64,000 nucleotides of DNA from Vicinamibacterales bacterium (GCA_965116765.1 OZ220718.1:1909384-1973383), one strand, 5' to 3'; shown: positions 44,663 through 55,939, counted from the first letter of the stretch. Program-made: numbers and translations. Notes: generated by a model not told the origin, from the sequence alone.

Positions 44663-44980
44663 ATGGGCTTGATTGTCGCGCACGCATTGCCCGCCGCTCC
44701 CCTCGACGCGCTGCGCGAACTGGCTCGCGGCGAGGTCGAGCTCGAACGATTGTGTCGAGAACGGATTGCATCGGCTCGGGCCGCGGGGGCCACCTGGGAA
44801 CAGATCGGCGCCGCGCTCGGCACGACCCGACAGGCCGCGCGGGAGTTCTTCACCCGCGACGCCCTGACCGCGATCGACGACAACACCGACGCGCACGAGC
44901 CGCCCCTCGGCGAGATCGAGGCCGTCGAACTGGCGGTGGACGAGGTACGGGCCGTTCGACGCCGGCGCATCGGGCGTTGA
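44663..44980 (+). CDS. Small HTH-containing hypothetical protein (105 aa)
   Basis: ATG 44663. ASARAAGATWEQIGAALGTTRQAAREFF looks like a helix-turn-helix. Good GC3. Confidence 0.5.
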   Translation: MGLIVAHALPAAPLDALRELARGEVELERLCRERIASARAAGATWEQIGAALGTTRQAAREFFTRDALTAIDDNTDAHEPPLGEIEAVELAVDEVRAVRRRRIGR

Positions 44981-45064
44981 GCATGCCGGCGTGAAGGTCG
45001 TCATCGACGCCAACCGGTCCGCCTCCCCTTTCAGGCAGGTCGCTCGGACTTCCGCCCATCGACG

Positions 45065-46375
45065 CTACAAGTCGCGCAGATGCTGGGCGTAGTACAGAGG
45101 CCACGTCTCGAGCGGGCCATCGCCGTCGCCGCCGGGACCGCCGACGAGCTTGACGGCGCGGCGCGGCTCGTACCGCGCGATGTACGAGCGCAGGCTGCGG
45201 GCGCGGGTGCGGCTGCCGCTCTTGACCTCGACGGGAACGACCGAGCCGTCGCGGGCCCGGTGGAGGAACTCGACCTCCGCCTGCGCGTGCTCCCACGCGA
45301 ACGTGGGATACGCCACGCGGGCGCTCAGCTCGGTCTGCACGAAGCTCTCGGCGACGTAGCCCTTGAAGGCGAAGTCCTGCGCGTGCTGGTCGGCGTAGGT
45401 GAGGCCCAGCATGTGCCCGAGCAGCCCCACGTCGAACAGGTACAGCTTGAAGATGTTCTCTCGCGCCTGCGCCCCGAGCGGCACGTTCGGCCGGCCCTTC
45501 ACGGGATGGCATTTGCGGACCAGCTTCGCCGCTTCCAGCCAGTCGATGGGGCCGCGCAGCTCGCGGTAGCGCCGCTTGCGCTCGATCGCGTCGCGGAACC
45601 GGAAGCGTTGCACCGAGCCGTCACCGCTGGCCGCGAGCTGCCGCGGCACGTTCGAGAACACCGCGTCGATGTGTTGCGCGTGGAGCTTGCCGGCGTACTT
45701 CCCGAAGTCGCGCCGATAGCCGTCGACGAGCTCCCGGTGAATCCGGGCGACCCCCTCGGCCCGCTCGCGGACGGTGCCGTCCTTCTCGAACCAGTGCGCC
45801 ACCGCCTCGGGCATGCCCCCGACGAAGTAGTAGTCGAGCAGCAGGGGCCAGAGCTGCCGGTGGACCGCCTCGCCGCGCCGGCGGTCGCGGAAGGCCTGCA
45901 ACAGCCGCGGGCGCCCGGCCGCCATCAGGAACTCCTCGAAGCACAGGGGGAACATCTCCACCTGCCGGACCTTCCCGACCGGGAACGACTCGAGCAGCCC
46001 GACGTTGGAGCCGGAAGCGCAGACGAACGCCCGGGGCAGGGACTCTGCGAAGTACTTGAGCGAGTCGACGGCGGGCTGGCACTCGCCCACCTCGTCGAAG
46101 AAGACGAGATCGCGCTCGACGTCGATGTCGGCCTCGACGTGCAGCTCGAGGTTCGAGAGGACTGCCCGCGGGTCGAGGCTGTCCGCGAACAGCCGGCCGA
46201 GCCCCGGTTCGCGCCGGAAGTCGAGCCGATGGACCCGCCGGAACTCCTGCGGTCCGAAGATGCGGTCGATCAGCCAGGTCTTGCCGACCTGACGTGCGCC
46301 GTCGAGCAGCAGCGGCTTGCGGACGGGTTCCCGCCGCCATGCCTGGAGGTCGTCGAGCAGTAGTCGCTGCAGCAT
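45065..46375 (-). CDS. AAA ATPase, AAA_14/DUF4143 family
   Basis: 436-aa ORF. Walker A GARQVGKT and Walker B LVFFDEVGE. C-terminal ...AEVEFLHRARDGSVVPVEVKSGSR is typical of the DUF4143 tail. Confidence 0.85.
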   Translation of the reverse strand: MLQRLLLDDLQAWRREPVRKPLLLDGARQVGKTWLIDRIFGPQEFRRVHRLDFRREPGLGRLFADSLDPRAVLSNLELHVEADIDVERDLVFFDEVGECQPAVDSLKYFAESLPRAFVCASGSNVGLLESFPVGKVRQVEMFPLCFEEFLMAAGRPRLLQAFRDRRRGEAVHRQLWPLLLDYYFVGGMPEAVAHWFEKDGTVRERAEGVARIHRELVDGYRRDFGKYAGKLHAQHIDAVFSNVPRQLAASGDGSVQRFRFRDAIERKRRYRELRGPIDWLEAAKLVRKCHPVKGRPNVPLGAQARENIFKLYLFDVGLLGHMLGLTYADQHAQDFAFKGYVAESFVQTELSARVAYPTFAWEHAQAEVEFLHRARDGSVVPVEVKSGSRTRARSLRSYIARYEPRRAVKLVGGPGGDGDGPLETWPLYYAQHLRDL

Positions 46376-46601
46376 GTACAGTGGCCCCCGACTGACGGGT
46401 CTCCGGTGGAGCAGTGCAGCAGCGACGGCGAGCGCACTGCCACTTTTGTCAACCTAAAATATCCTGATTTTACACTTTACTTAACATTGAACCGGCTGCG
46501 GCCTGCCGATGCATCCCGCCGCCCGCGAGCAGGCAGCGGCAACAGGTCAGGCCGTGACCGCGATCACCTCTGGGGGGATGACTGCCATGAGCGGAGGATC
46601 G

Positions 46602-46829
46602 ATGGACTACGCCTACGCGAAGATCAACGTCGCCGAGGAGGAGCTGCTCCGGTCGACCAGGAAAGGCGGCAACCATCCGCAGCTCCGCCAGGAGCTGGCC
46701 GAGCACCTCCATGCATGCTCCGAAGTGCTGAAGGCGATCGAGTGGTCGGACTCGGGCGACACCGCGCCATCCGACTGGGTGCCCGCTGCCGAGAAGCTGC
46801 TGACACCGTCGCGGGCGGGGAACCGCTAA
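46602..46829 (+). CDS. Small hypothetical protein (75 aa core; the ORF extends to 46509)
   Basis: High GC3 from MDYAYAKINVAEEELLRSTRKGGNHPQLRQELAEHLHACSEVLKAIEWSDSGDTAPSDWVPAAEKLL. GGAGGA lies 3 nt before ATG 46602. ATG 46578 and 46587 are alternative starts. An AT-rich divergent promoter region lies at 46441-46500. Confidence 0.45.
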   Translation: MDYAYAKINVAEEELLRSTRKGGNHPQLRQELAEHLHACSEVLKAIEWSDSGDTAPSDWVPAAEKLLTPSRAGNR

Positions 46830-46904
46830 CTGTTTGCACCGACGCCGCGCCGGACGACGTCGACACGGTGCCGCCCGAGATCCGGCCGCGAGCCACCGCC
46901 GCAA

Positions 46905-48083
46905 CTACCGCGCCGGCACCCGCGTCCACTTCCGGTCCGACCGCGCGCTCTCGAGCAGCGCCTCGATGAACAGCATGCCGCGGAGGCCGTCGTCGACGGT
47001 CGGGAAGTCGAGGGCCAGCGGGTCGGGCTTCACGCCGGCGAGGCGGGCGCGGATGGTGTCGGCGGCGTTGCGGTAGACGTTGGCGAAGGCGCCGAGGAAC
47101 GCCTCGGGATGCCCCGCCGGCAGGTGGGTGGCCCGCGCCGCGGCGGGGCTCTTGGCGGCGACGTAGCCCGAGCCGCGGGTCCAGATCTCGACCGGGCCGT
47201 CGTTCGAGCGGACGCGGAGGGCGTTGGGGTCCTCCTGGTGCCACTCCAGGCCCTTCGCCTCGCCGTAGACGCGGAGGGTGAGCGCGTTCTCCTCCCCCAC
47301 CGACACCTGGCTCGCGTGCAGCACCCCCCGCACGCCCTTCTGCAAGCGCACCAGCACGTTGCCGTCGTCGTCGAGGCGGCGCCCCCGGACGAAGGTCGTC
47401 AGGTCGGCGCACAGCTCGACGATGCGCAGGCCGGTGACGTACTCGGCGAGGTTCTCGGCGTGGGTGCCGATGTCGCCCATGCAGCCGGCGCCCCCGCTGC
47501 GCCGGGGGTCGGTGCGCCACTCGGCCTGCTTCATGCCCGTCCGCTCGAGGCGGGTCGCGAGCCAGCCCTGCGGGTACTCGACGACCACCTTGCGCAGCCG
47601 GCCGAGGTCGCCCGCCCGCACGAGGTCGCGGGCGAGCTTCACCATCGGATAGCCGGTGTAGTTGTGGGTGAGGGCGAAGACGCGGCGGCTCTTGCGGACG
47701 ATCCGGCGCAGCCCGCGCGCCTCGTCCACCGTGAACGTCATCGGCTTGTCGCAGACGACATGGAACCCCGCCTCCAGGAACGCCTTCGCGACCGGGAAAT
47801 GGACGTGGTTCGGGGTGACGATGGACACGAAGTCGATGCGGTCGCCGTCGGGCCGCGCCCGCTCGGCATCGACCATGGCGGCGTAGGAGGCGTAGGCGCG
47901 GTCGGGGTCCAGCCCCAGCTCGGCCCCCTTCTGCCGCGAGCGGGCGGCGTCGGACGCGAAGGCCCCTGCCACCAGCTCCACGTCGCCGTCGATGCAGGCG
48001 GCCCGGCGGTGCACGTCGCCGATGAACGCCCCGGGGCCTCCCCCCACCATGCCCATGCGCAGCCGTCGTACCGTGGTCCCCAT
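46905..48083 (-). CDS. Gfo/Idh/MocA-family NAD(P)-dependent oxidoreductase
   Basis: ATG 48083 follows [28 protein letters not shown] Rossmann start. ...[29 protein letters not shown] is the family signature. Confidence 0.85.
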   Translation of the reverse strand: MGTTVRRLRMGMVGGGPGAFIGDVHRRAACIDGDVELVAGAFASDAARSRQKGAELGLDPDRAYASYAAMVDAERARPDGDRIDFVSIVTPNHVHFPVAKAFLEAGFHVVCDKPMTFTVDEARGLRRIVRKSRRVFALTHNYTGYPMVKLARDLVRAGDLGRLRKVVVEYPQGWLATRLERTGMKQAEWRTDPRRSGGAGCMGDIGTHAENLAEYVTGLRIVELCADLTTFVRGRRLDDDGNVLVRLQKGVRGVLHASQVSVGEENALTLRVYGEAKGLEWHQEDPNALRVRSNDGPVEIWTRGSGYVAAKSPAAARATHLPAGHPEAFLGAFANVYRNAADTIRARLAGVKPDPLALDFPTVDDGLRGMLFIEALLESARSDRKWTRVPAR

Positions 48084-48344
48084 GTCTGCCACTCCACGTA
48101 GCCAACGTCCTTCGTTATTCTCCCCCGGATCCGCAAGGCCCGATAGCGAATCCCCCGAACTCAACTGCCTTCTCGGCCGCTTCCCGACCGCCGAGGCGTA
48201 GTCCCGGGGGGTCGCGGCCGCGGTCCCGCCGGTGGAGGCGCGGGCCGCTGCGTACGTGCGCGACCGGTGGAGAGCTGTAGCCTCTCTTCTCAACCGAACG
48301 GCCGGTCTGGGGCTTCCTGGATCCACTTGATGGCTTCGCCATTG

Positions 48345-48974
48345 TCATTGCCCTCCCGTACGAGACTCGACATCTGTTGGTTCAAAATCCATGAACACGA
48401 TGGACTCGATGCTGTCCTTGTTGGTCAAGAGAATGCCGTGAACACCGAGATCGGTATACTCGTCGTCATCCCCGATCCACGCCGGATCGCTGACGTAGAG
48501 CAATCCCTCGGTCGTATCATTCGAGTAGTACTCCGGCCAGCCAAAAAGACGACGGCCGTCGGTGAACGTGACCACGACATAGCGCCGCTGGTCGATGAAA
48601 ATGTCGAGCCAAGTGTTGATTCTCGCAGTACTCGAAGTGATCTTGATCTTCCGCAGCAACTTCATGTGGTAGTCGTTCGTGATCGAGAAGCCGAGCAGAA
48701 GCGCCAGGACGAGTGCCAACCACATTGCCCACGGCAGGTGTTCCGGGGTGACGAACGGTCGATAGACTCCCGCGCTCGTCACCTCCAAATCGACCGGGCT
48801 GCGACCGAAAGGAGTGAGGATGGCATAGATCACGAAACTCAAGACCAAAGCCTCGATGATGTTTCCGATCCGATCTTTCGTGGAGCGCACGACGATCGCG
48901 TTCAGTACCGCCGACGCCAGGAAGCCGGGCATCAGAAGCAAAAAAACGGCCAGTGTCTCACCGGATATGTTCAT
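48345..48974 (-). CDS. Low-GC membrane protein (3 predicted TM helices plus a soluble C-domain), possibly DUF6338-like
   Basis: 209-aa ORF. TM-like segments TLAVFLLLMPGFLASAVLNAIVV, IIEALVLSFVIYAILTPF and LPWAMWLALVLALLLGFSITN. C-domain RRYVVVTFTDGRRLFGWPEYYSNDTTEGLLYVSD. Hand counts give 48-55% GC versus ~72% in the flanking gene. The family name is from memory and unverified. Confidence 0.7.
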   Translation of the reverse strand: MNISGETLAVFLLLMPGFLASAVLNAIVVRSTKDRIGNIIEALVLSFVIYAILTPFGRSPVDLEVTSAGVYRPFVTPEHLPWAMWLALVLALLLGFSITNDYHMKLLRKIKITSSTARINTWLDIFIDQRRYVVVTFTDGRRLFGWPEYYSNDTTEGLLYVSDPAWIGDDDEYTDLGVHGILLTNKDSIESIVFMDFEPTDVESRTGGQ

Positions 48975-49046
48975 GCGACTTCCGCTCCGAGTCCGATGCG
49001 GGAACCACCGTACGAATGCCCAGTTGTCGCGCGGAGGTCCCCATGC

Positions 49047-50036
49047 CTACTCCTCGAACGCAGCGTCGAACGCCACCGTCGACGGCTCGAAGTCGGCGTC
49101 CTTGACGAACTCGCACGACTCGCGGGCCCCGTGCTCGCGGTCCATGCCCGAGTCCTCCCACTCGACCGAGAGCGGCCCCGCGTAGCCGATGCGGTTCAGG
49201 GCGCGGATGATCGCCTCGAAGTCGACGTCGCCCCGCCCCACCGAGCGGAAGTCCCAGCCCCGGTCCGCCGCGCCGAACGGCAGGTGGGACGAGAGCAGGC
49301 CGGTGCGGCCGTCGAGGGTGACGGCGGCGTCCTTCATGTGCACGTGGTAGATGCGGTCGGAGAACTCGCCGATGAACCGGGCCGGCTCCATCCCCTGCCA
49401 CTGCAGGTGGCTGGGGTCGAAGTTGAAGCCGAACGCCTCGCGCCGGCCGACGGCGTCCAGCGCCCGGTGGGCGCTGACGATGTCGAAGGCGATCTCGGTG
49501 GGGTGCACCTCGAGGGCGAAGCGGACGCCGCACTCGTCGAACACGTCGAGAATCGGGTTCCACAGCTCGGCGAAGCGCCGGTAGCCGGCCTCGATGGCCT
49601 CCTCGGAGACCGGCGGGAACGAGTAGAGCAGGTGCCAGATGGGCGAGCCCGTGAACCCGCACACGACCTCGAGCCCGAGGTTGCGGGCGGCGCGGGCGGT
49701 GTTCTTCATGGTGTCGACGGCCCACGCCCGCTTCGCCTCGGGGTCGCCGTGCACCGACTCGGGGGCGAACGCGTCGGACCGTTCGTCGTTCGGGTCGCAG
49801 ACGAGCTGGCCGGCGAGGTGGTGCGAGATGGCCCAGCAGCCGAGCCCGTGCTCGGCGAGCAGGGCGTGGCGCGCGTCGCAGTAGGCCTGGTCGACGGCGG
49901 CGCGGTCGACGTCGAGGTGGTCTCCCCAGCACGCCAGCTCCAGCCCGTCGAACCCGAACCCCTTCGCCTTCGGGGCCAGCTCGGCCAGCGGCAGGTCGGC
50001 CCATTGTCCCGTGAACAGCGTTACCTTTCGCGCCAT
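49047..50036 (-). CDS. Sugar phosphate isomerase/epimerase (xylose isomerase-like TIM barrel)
   Basis: ATG 50036 follows [22 protein letters not shown]..., [13 protein letters not shown] and YHVHMKDA are typical of the AP-endonuclease-2/xylose-isomerase-like fold. Confidence 0.85.
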   Translation of the reverse strand: MARKVTLFTGQWADLPLAELAPKAKGFGFDGLELACWGDHLDVDRAAVDQAYCDARHALLAEHGLGCWAISHHLAGQLVCDPNDERSDAFAPESVHGDPEAKRAWAVDTMKNTARAARNLGLEVVCGFTGSPIWHLLYSFPPVSEEAIEAGYRRFAELWNPILDVFDECGVRFALEVHPTEIAFDIVSAHRALDAVGRREAFGFNFDPSHLQWQGMEPARFIGEFSDRIYHVHMKDAAVTLDGRTGLLSSHLPFGAADRGWDFRSVGRGDVDFEAIIRALNRIGYAGPLSVEWEDSGMDREHGARESCEFVKDADFEPSTVAFDAAFEE

Positions 50037-50191
50037 CGTCGACTCGTCTCCTTCCGTCGCGGCGGGAACCGGCCGCCGGCCGCCCGCGGGCACCGGTGCA
50101 CCGCGCGGCATTGTCATATCACAAGCGCCGCCACGGCGGCGCCCGGTCCCGGTAAGATCGACGCGCTTCACCGCGGGAGGGAGACCGCCTG

Positions 50192-51793
<1,602 letters not shown>

Positions 51794-51850
51794 TCGCGGA
51801 GAGCGACGTGTCGTCGTCCGGAGCGGGTCGAGGTGTCAACCGCGAGTCCG

Positions 51851-52048
51851 TCAACTGGACGTCACGGGCGGATGCTGGCGATGCTGCCAGCCTTCGATGC
51901 GGCCTTCCAGGCGCGCGAGCCGCTGCGCGACATCGCCCAACCCTCGCTCGACGGACCCCATGCGTCGATCCAGGCCGGAGATCCGGCGCCAGAGGAAACC
52001 GTCGACCGCGAGCACAGGGAGGGCGTCGATCAATACGTCCGTACTCAC
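51851..52048 (-). CDS. Possible small TM/coiled-coil protein (65 aa)
   Basis: From GTG 52048 it reads VSTDVLIDALPVLAVDGFLWRRISGLDRRMGSVERGLGDVAQRLARLEGRIEGWQHRQHPPVTSS*. Reasonable GC3. No RBS seen. The longer ORF (to 52228) is Arg-rich and overlaps the opposite-strand start region. Confidence 0.25.
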   Translation of the reverse strand: MSTDVLIDALPVLAVDGFLWRRISGLDRRMGSVERGLGDVAQRLARLEGRIEGWQHRQHPPVTSS

Positions 52049-52187
52049 AGCGTAGGCGAAGCCAAGCGAAACCGGCAACCCCGGGCGGTGGCCCCACGGG
52101 CGCGGCGGATGACAAGCCGCGGGTCGCCGGATTATCCTTGGTCGCGCAATCCGCCCTGACGTGATCCGCCGACCGATGGAGAGTGCC

Positions 52188-53540
52188 ATGAGCCTGTCGA
52201 GACGCCGCTTCCTCCAGACCTCCGCCACCGGCGCCGTGGGCGCGAGCGCCGCCCTGTGGACGCCGCCCGCCTACGCCGCGGGCCGGCAGGCGACCGCCCC
52301 GAGCGACCGCATCGTCATCGGCGCCATCGGCGTCAACGGCATGGGATTCTCGAACGTGCGCTCGCTGCTGCGGCAGCCCGGGGTCGAGTGCGCCGCCCTG
52401 TGCGACGTCGACGAGAGCGTGCTCGAGCGGCGGGCCGGCGACGTCGAGGCGATGGGCGGCAAGCGGCCGGCCCTGTACGCCGACCACCGGGCCCTGCTCG
52501 ACAACGACGACCTCGACGCGGTGGTCATCGGCACCCCCGACCACTGGCACTGCCTGCAGATGGTCGACGCCTGCGCGGCCGGCAAGGACGTCTACGTCGA
52601 GAAGCCGCTCGCCAACTCGATCTACGAGTGCCAGGTCATGACCACCGCGGCCCGCCACTACAACCGCGTCGTGCAGTGCGGGCAGTGGCAGCGCAGCGGG
52701 CCGCACTGGACGGAGGCCATCGAGTTCGTGCACGGCGGGGCGCTGGGGCGCATCCGCAGCGTGCGGGCGTGGGCCTACATGAACTGGCTGCCCCCGGTGC
52801 CCGACGTCCCCGACAGCGAGCCGCCCGAGGGCGTCGACTACGACCGGTGGCTCGGCCCCGCCCCCGAGCGGCCGTTCAACCCCAACCGCTTCCACTTCAA
52901 CTTCCGTTGGTTCTGGGACTACGCGGGCGGCCTGATGACCGACTGGGGCGTCCACATCATCGACATCGTGCTCTGGGGCATGCAGGCCGAGGCCCCGCGC
53001 AGCGTGGTCGCGAGCGGCGGCAAGTTCGCCTATCCCGACGACGACCAGGAGACCCCCGACACGATGACCGCCCTCTACGAGTTCGACGACTTCCTGATGA
53101 CCTGGGAGCACGCCACCGGCATCGAGCTCGGACCGTTCCAGCGCGCCCACGGGGTGGCGTTCGTCGGCAACAACGGCACCCTCGTGGTCGACCGCCGGGG
53201 CTGGGAGCTCTACCCCGAGGAGAAGCTCGAGAACCGGCGCCCCGTCGGCTACAAGATGCCGGGGCGGCCGCCCGTCGTGGCGAACCCGGCCCAGCGCGGG
53301 CTCGACCAGCACACCGAGAACTTCATCGCGTGCATGCGCTCGCGCGAGCAACCCGTCTGCAACGCCGACGTCGCGAGCCTCGCCGCCGTGAACGCCCATC
53401 TCGGGAACATCGCGTTCCGCACCGGCGGCAAGGTCGTGTGGGACGCCGAGAAGCAGATGTTCGAGGGCGAGGCCGAGAGCGCCGCCAACAAGATGCTGAA
53501 GACGCCGTACCGCGCTCCCTGGACATTGCCGCAGGTGTAG
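52188..53540 (+). CDS. TAT-exported Gfo/Idh/MocA-family oxidoreductase
   Basis: MSLSRRRFLQTSATGAVGASAALW twin-arginine leader. IVIGAIGVNGMG Rossmann start. DAVVIGTPDHWHCLQMVDACAAGKDVYVEKP. GGAGAG lies 4-5 nt before ATG 52188. Confidence 0.85.
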   Translation: MSLSRRRFLQTSATGAVGASAALWTPPAYAAGRQATAPSDRIVIGAIGVNGMGFSNVRSLLRQPGVECAALCDVDESVLERRAGDVEAMGGKRPALYADHRALLDNDDLDAVVIGTPDHWHCLQMVDACAAGKDVYVEKPLANSIYECQVMTTAARHYNRVVQCGQWQRSGPHWTEAIEFVHGGALGRIRSVRAWAYMNWLPPVPDVPDSEPPEGVDYDRWLGPAPERPFNPNRFHFNFRWFWDYAGGLMTDWGVHIIDIVLWGMQAEAPRSVVASGGKFAYPDDDQETPDTMTALYEFDDFLMTWEHATGIELGPFQRAHGVAFVGNNGTLVVDRRGWELYPEEKLENRRPVGYKMPGRPPVVANPAQRGLDQHTENFIACMRSREQPVCNADVASLAAVNAHLGNIAFRTGGKVVWDAEKQMFEGEAESAANKMLKTPYRAPWTLPQV

Positions 53541-53783
53541 CCGATCGAGGATGACCGACGGCATGCTGCGCCAGGTGCAACCCGGGCTGCCCATGTCGGG
53601 GTCGGCCGACCTCGCGTCCAGGGATCTGCCCCCTCTGCCGTCATGTCCACGGCAACGGGTGGGACGGCGTCGACCGGCACTGACCGACGAAGCACGAAAC
53701 GCAGCCCGGTGAGCCCCGTGGCGAACGGTGAGCCGGACCTGTGAGGAACACGAGAGCTGATCGCCAAGAGTGGGGATGCGACC

Positions 53784-54542
53784 ATGCTGCGTAGCAGAGA
53801 GCTCGTGACGACAGGACTGGCGCTGGCGATGCTGACCGCGGCCGCGGCGGCGCAGGAGCGCGTCGACTTGCCGCCGCCCGCGGAGACCGAGGTGTGGAAG
53901 CCCGTGCCCGCCACGGTGGACCCGGGCCGTCGCGGTCACGGCCGGCCGCCGTCCGACGCCATCGTCCTGTTCGACGGCACCGACCTGTCCGAGTGGCGGG
54001 GCCGTGACGGCGAGGCCGGGTGGAAGGTGGCCGACGGCGCCATGACCGTGGTCCCGGGCACCGGCAACCTGACCACCAAGCGGGGCTTCGGCGACGTGCA
54101 GCTCCACGTCGAGTGGCGCACGCCGACCGAGATCGTCGGCGAGAGCCAGGGCCGCGGCAACAGCGGCGTGTTCCTCATGGGGCTCTACGAGGTGCAGGTG
54201 CTCGACTCGTGGGAGAACCCGACCTACGTGAACGGGCAGGCGGCCAGCGTCTACAAGCAGCACATCCCCCTCGTGAACGCCTCGCGGGGGCCCGGCGAGT
54301 GGCAGACCTACGACATCATCTTCACCGCCCCCCGGTTCGACGCCGACGGCGGGCTGGAGAGCCCCGCCACGGTGACGGTGCTCCACAACGGCGTGCTCGT
54401 GCAGAACCACGTGACCCTGGAGGGCCCGACCGTCTTCCGCGGCGCGCCCCGTTACGAGGCCCACGCGGACCGGCTGCCGCTCATGCTCCAGGACCACCGC
54501 AACCACGTGAGCTATCGCAACATCTGGGTCCGCGAGCTGTAG
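53784..54542 (+). CDS. DUF1080-family protein (3-keto-disaccharide hydrolase-like), exported
   Basis: Signal peptide. LFDGTDLSEWRG...WKVADGAMTV...FGDVQLHVEWR...NSGVFLMGLYEVQVLDS...YRNIWVREL is typical of DUF1080. Confidence 0.85.
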   Translation: MLRSRELVTTGLALAMLTAAAAAQERVDLPPPAETEVWKPVPATVDPGRRGHGRPPSDAIVLFDGTDLSEWRGRDGEAGWKVADGAMTVVPGTGNLTTKRGFGDVQLHVEWRTPTEIVGESQGRGNSGVFLMGLYEVQVLDSWENPTYVNGQAASVYKQHIPLVNASRGPGEWQTYDIIFTAPRFDADGGLESPATVTVLHNGVLVQNHVTLEGPTVFRGAPRYEAHADRLPLMLQDHRNHVSYRNIWVREL

Positions 54543-54604
54543 GACCCGCGGAGCAGAACGGCGTCGTCCCGCGGGGGGACGCCGCCGCCCCGAGGATCGG
54601 CTGG

Positions 54605-54639
54605 GGCCGGCGAAGCTGCAGAACGGTGTTTCGCCGGCC
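54605..54639 (+). terminator. Perfect 10-bp inverted repeat between the DUF1080 and SnoaL genes (terminator/attenuator candidate)
   Basis: GGCCGGCGAA (54605-54614) and TTCGCCGGCC (54630-54639) with a 15-nt loop. No U-tract. Confidence 0.3.
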
Positions 54640-54724
54640 GACGCGCCCCCGAGCAGGCGCCCCGCCGTTGCCGCCCCAGGCGCCGCCGCGGCGGCGCCGC
54701 GCCCATCGGAAAGGAACGCCGACG

Positions 54725-55177
54725 ATGCCGACCCGCTGCCGACCGCTGACCTGGGTGCTCGTCGCCGCCTGCCTCGCATTCGCGGCGCCGGCCCACTCTC
54801 AACCGGACAGGTCGACCCGGGAGATCCTCATCGAGCTCGAGCGAAGCTGGAACGACGCGGTCTACTCGGGGGACGTGGACGTCATCGACCGGCTGCTCGC
54901 CGACGAGTTCCTCGGCACCTACGACGACGGCAGCCGCGGCGACAAGGCGAGGGAGGTGGACCTCGTCGCCAACTTCAACCAGGCGGTGATCTCGGCCGTC
55001 CAGGACGACTTCCGCGTCGCCATCTACGGAGACACCGCGGTGGTCTGGTTCACCCTGCACCTCGTCGGCCTGCGCCAGGGGCAGGAGGCCGAGCTGACCC
55101 TGCGCTACACCGACGTCTGGATACGGCGCGACGGCCGGTGGCAGTGCGTCTCGGCCCACAGCACCCGGGTGCAGTGA
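54725..55177 (+). CDS. Exported SnoaL/DUF4440-like (NTF2-fold) protein
   Basis: Signal peptide [26 protein letters not shown]. ...[26 protein letters not shown]...[20 protein letters not shown] is typical of DUF4440. Its stop lies 1 nt before the nitrile hydratase alpha ATG. Confidence 0.75.
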   Translation: MPTRCRPLTWVLVAACLAFAAPAHSQPDRSTREILIELERSWNDAVYSGDVDVIDRLLADEFLGTYDDGSRGDKAREVDLVANFNQAVISAVQDDFRVAIYGDTAVVWFTLHLVGLRQGQEAELTLRYTDVWIRRDGRWQCVSAHSTRVQ

Positions 55178-55178
55178 C

Positions 55179-55844
55179 ATGGCGAAACCGGAGAACCACT
55201 CGGCCGGCGTCCACGAACACGGCCACGAGCACCATCACGATCACCAGGTCGTGCCCGACGACATCGCCCTGCGCGTGCGCGCGCTCGAGTCGATTCTCGT
55301 CGACAAGCAGATGGTCGACCCCGCCGCCCTCGACGCGGTGGTCGACGCCTACGAGAACCGCATCGGCCCCCGGAACGGCGCCCAGGTCGTGGCCCGGGCC
55401 TGGACCGACCCCGACTACAAGGCGCGGCTGCTCGACGACGGGACCGCGGCCATCGCCGAGCTCGGCTTCGGGGGGACCCAGGGCGAGCACATGGTGGTCG
55501 TCGAGAACACCCCCGACGTGCACAACCTCGTCGTCTGCACGTTGTGCTCGTGCTACCCGTGGCCGACCCTCGGGCTGCCGCCGGTCTGGTACAAGTCCAA
55601 CGCCTACCGCGCGCGCGCGGTCATCGAGCCCCGTGCGGTGCTGAGCGAGTTCGGCGTCGACGTCGCCGACGACGTCGAGGTGCGGGTGTGGGACAGCACC
55701 GCGGAGGTCCGCTACCTCGTGCTGCCCGCACGCCCCCCCGGCACCGAGGAAATGACCGAGGAAGAGCTGGCCGACCTCGTCTCGCGCGACGCCATGATCG
55801 GCGTCGCCGTCGTGCCCCCGCCGGCCGGCGGGAGATCGGCATGA
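55179..55844 (+). CDS. nthA: Nitrile hydratase alpha subunit, cobalt type, with a His-rich N-terminal extension
   Basis: Metal-binding claw [11 protein letters not shown] (Thr is the cobalt-type signature). N-terminus [23 protein letters not shown]. Confidence 0.9.
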   Translation: MAKPENHSAGVHEHGHEHHHDHQVVPDDIALRVRALESILVDKQMVDPAALDAVVDAYENRIGPRNGAQVVARAWTDPDYKARLLDDGTAAIAELGFGGTQGEHMVVVENTPDVHNLVVCTLCSCYPWPTLGLPPVWYKSNAYRARAVIEPRAVLSEFGVDVADDVEVRVWDSTAEVRYLVLPARPPGTEEMTEEELADLVSRDAMIGVAVVPPPAGGRSA

Positions 55845-55939
55845 ACCGCGTACACGAGATGGGCGGGATGGACGGTGTCGGCCCCGCCGAGTGCGAAGTC
55901 GCCATCGTGCCGGCCCCGAACGGCAGGAGCGAAACATGA
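55841..55939 (+). CDS. 32-codon mini-ORF duplicating the nitrile hydratase beta N-terminus
   Basis: [32 protein letters not shown]. Its ATG overlaps the alpha stop (ATGA at 55841-55844). Its TGA overlaps the beta ATG (ATGA at 55936-55939). The first ~17 codons parallel beta [17 protein letters not shown]. Confidence 0.4.
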   Translation: MNRVHEMGGMDGVGPAECEVAIVPAPNGRSET

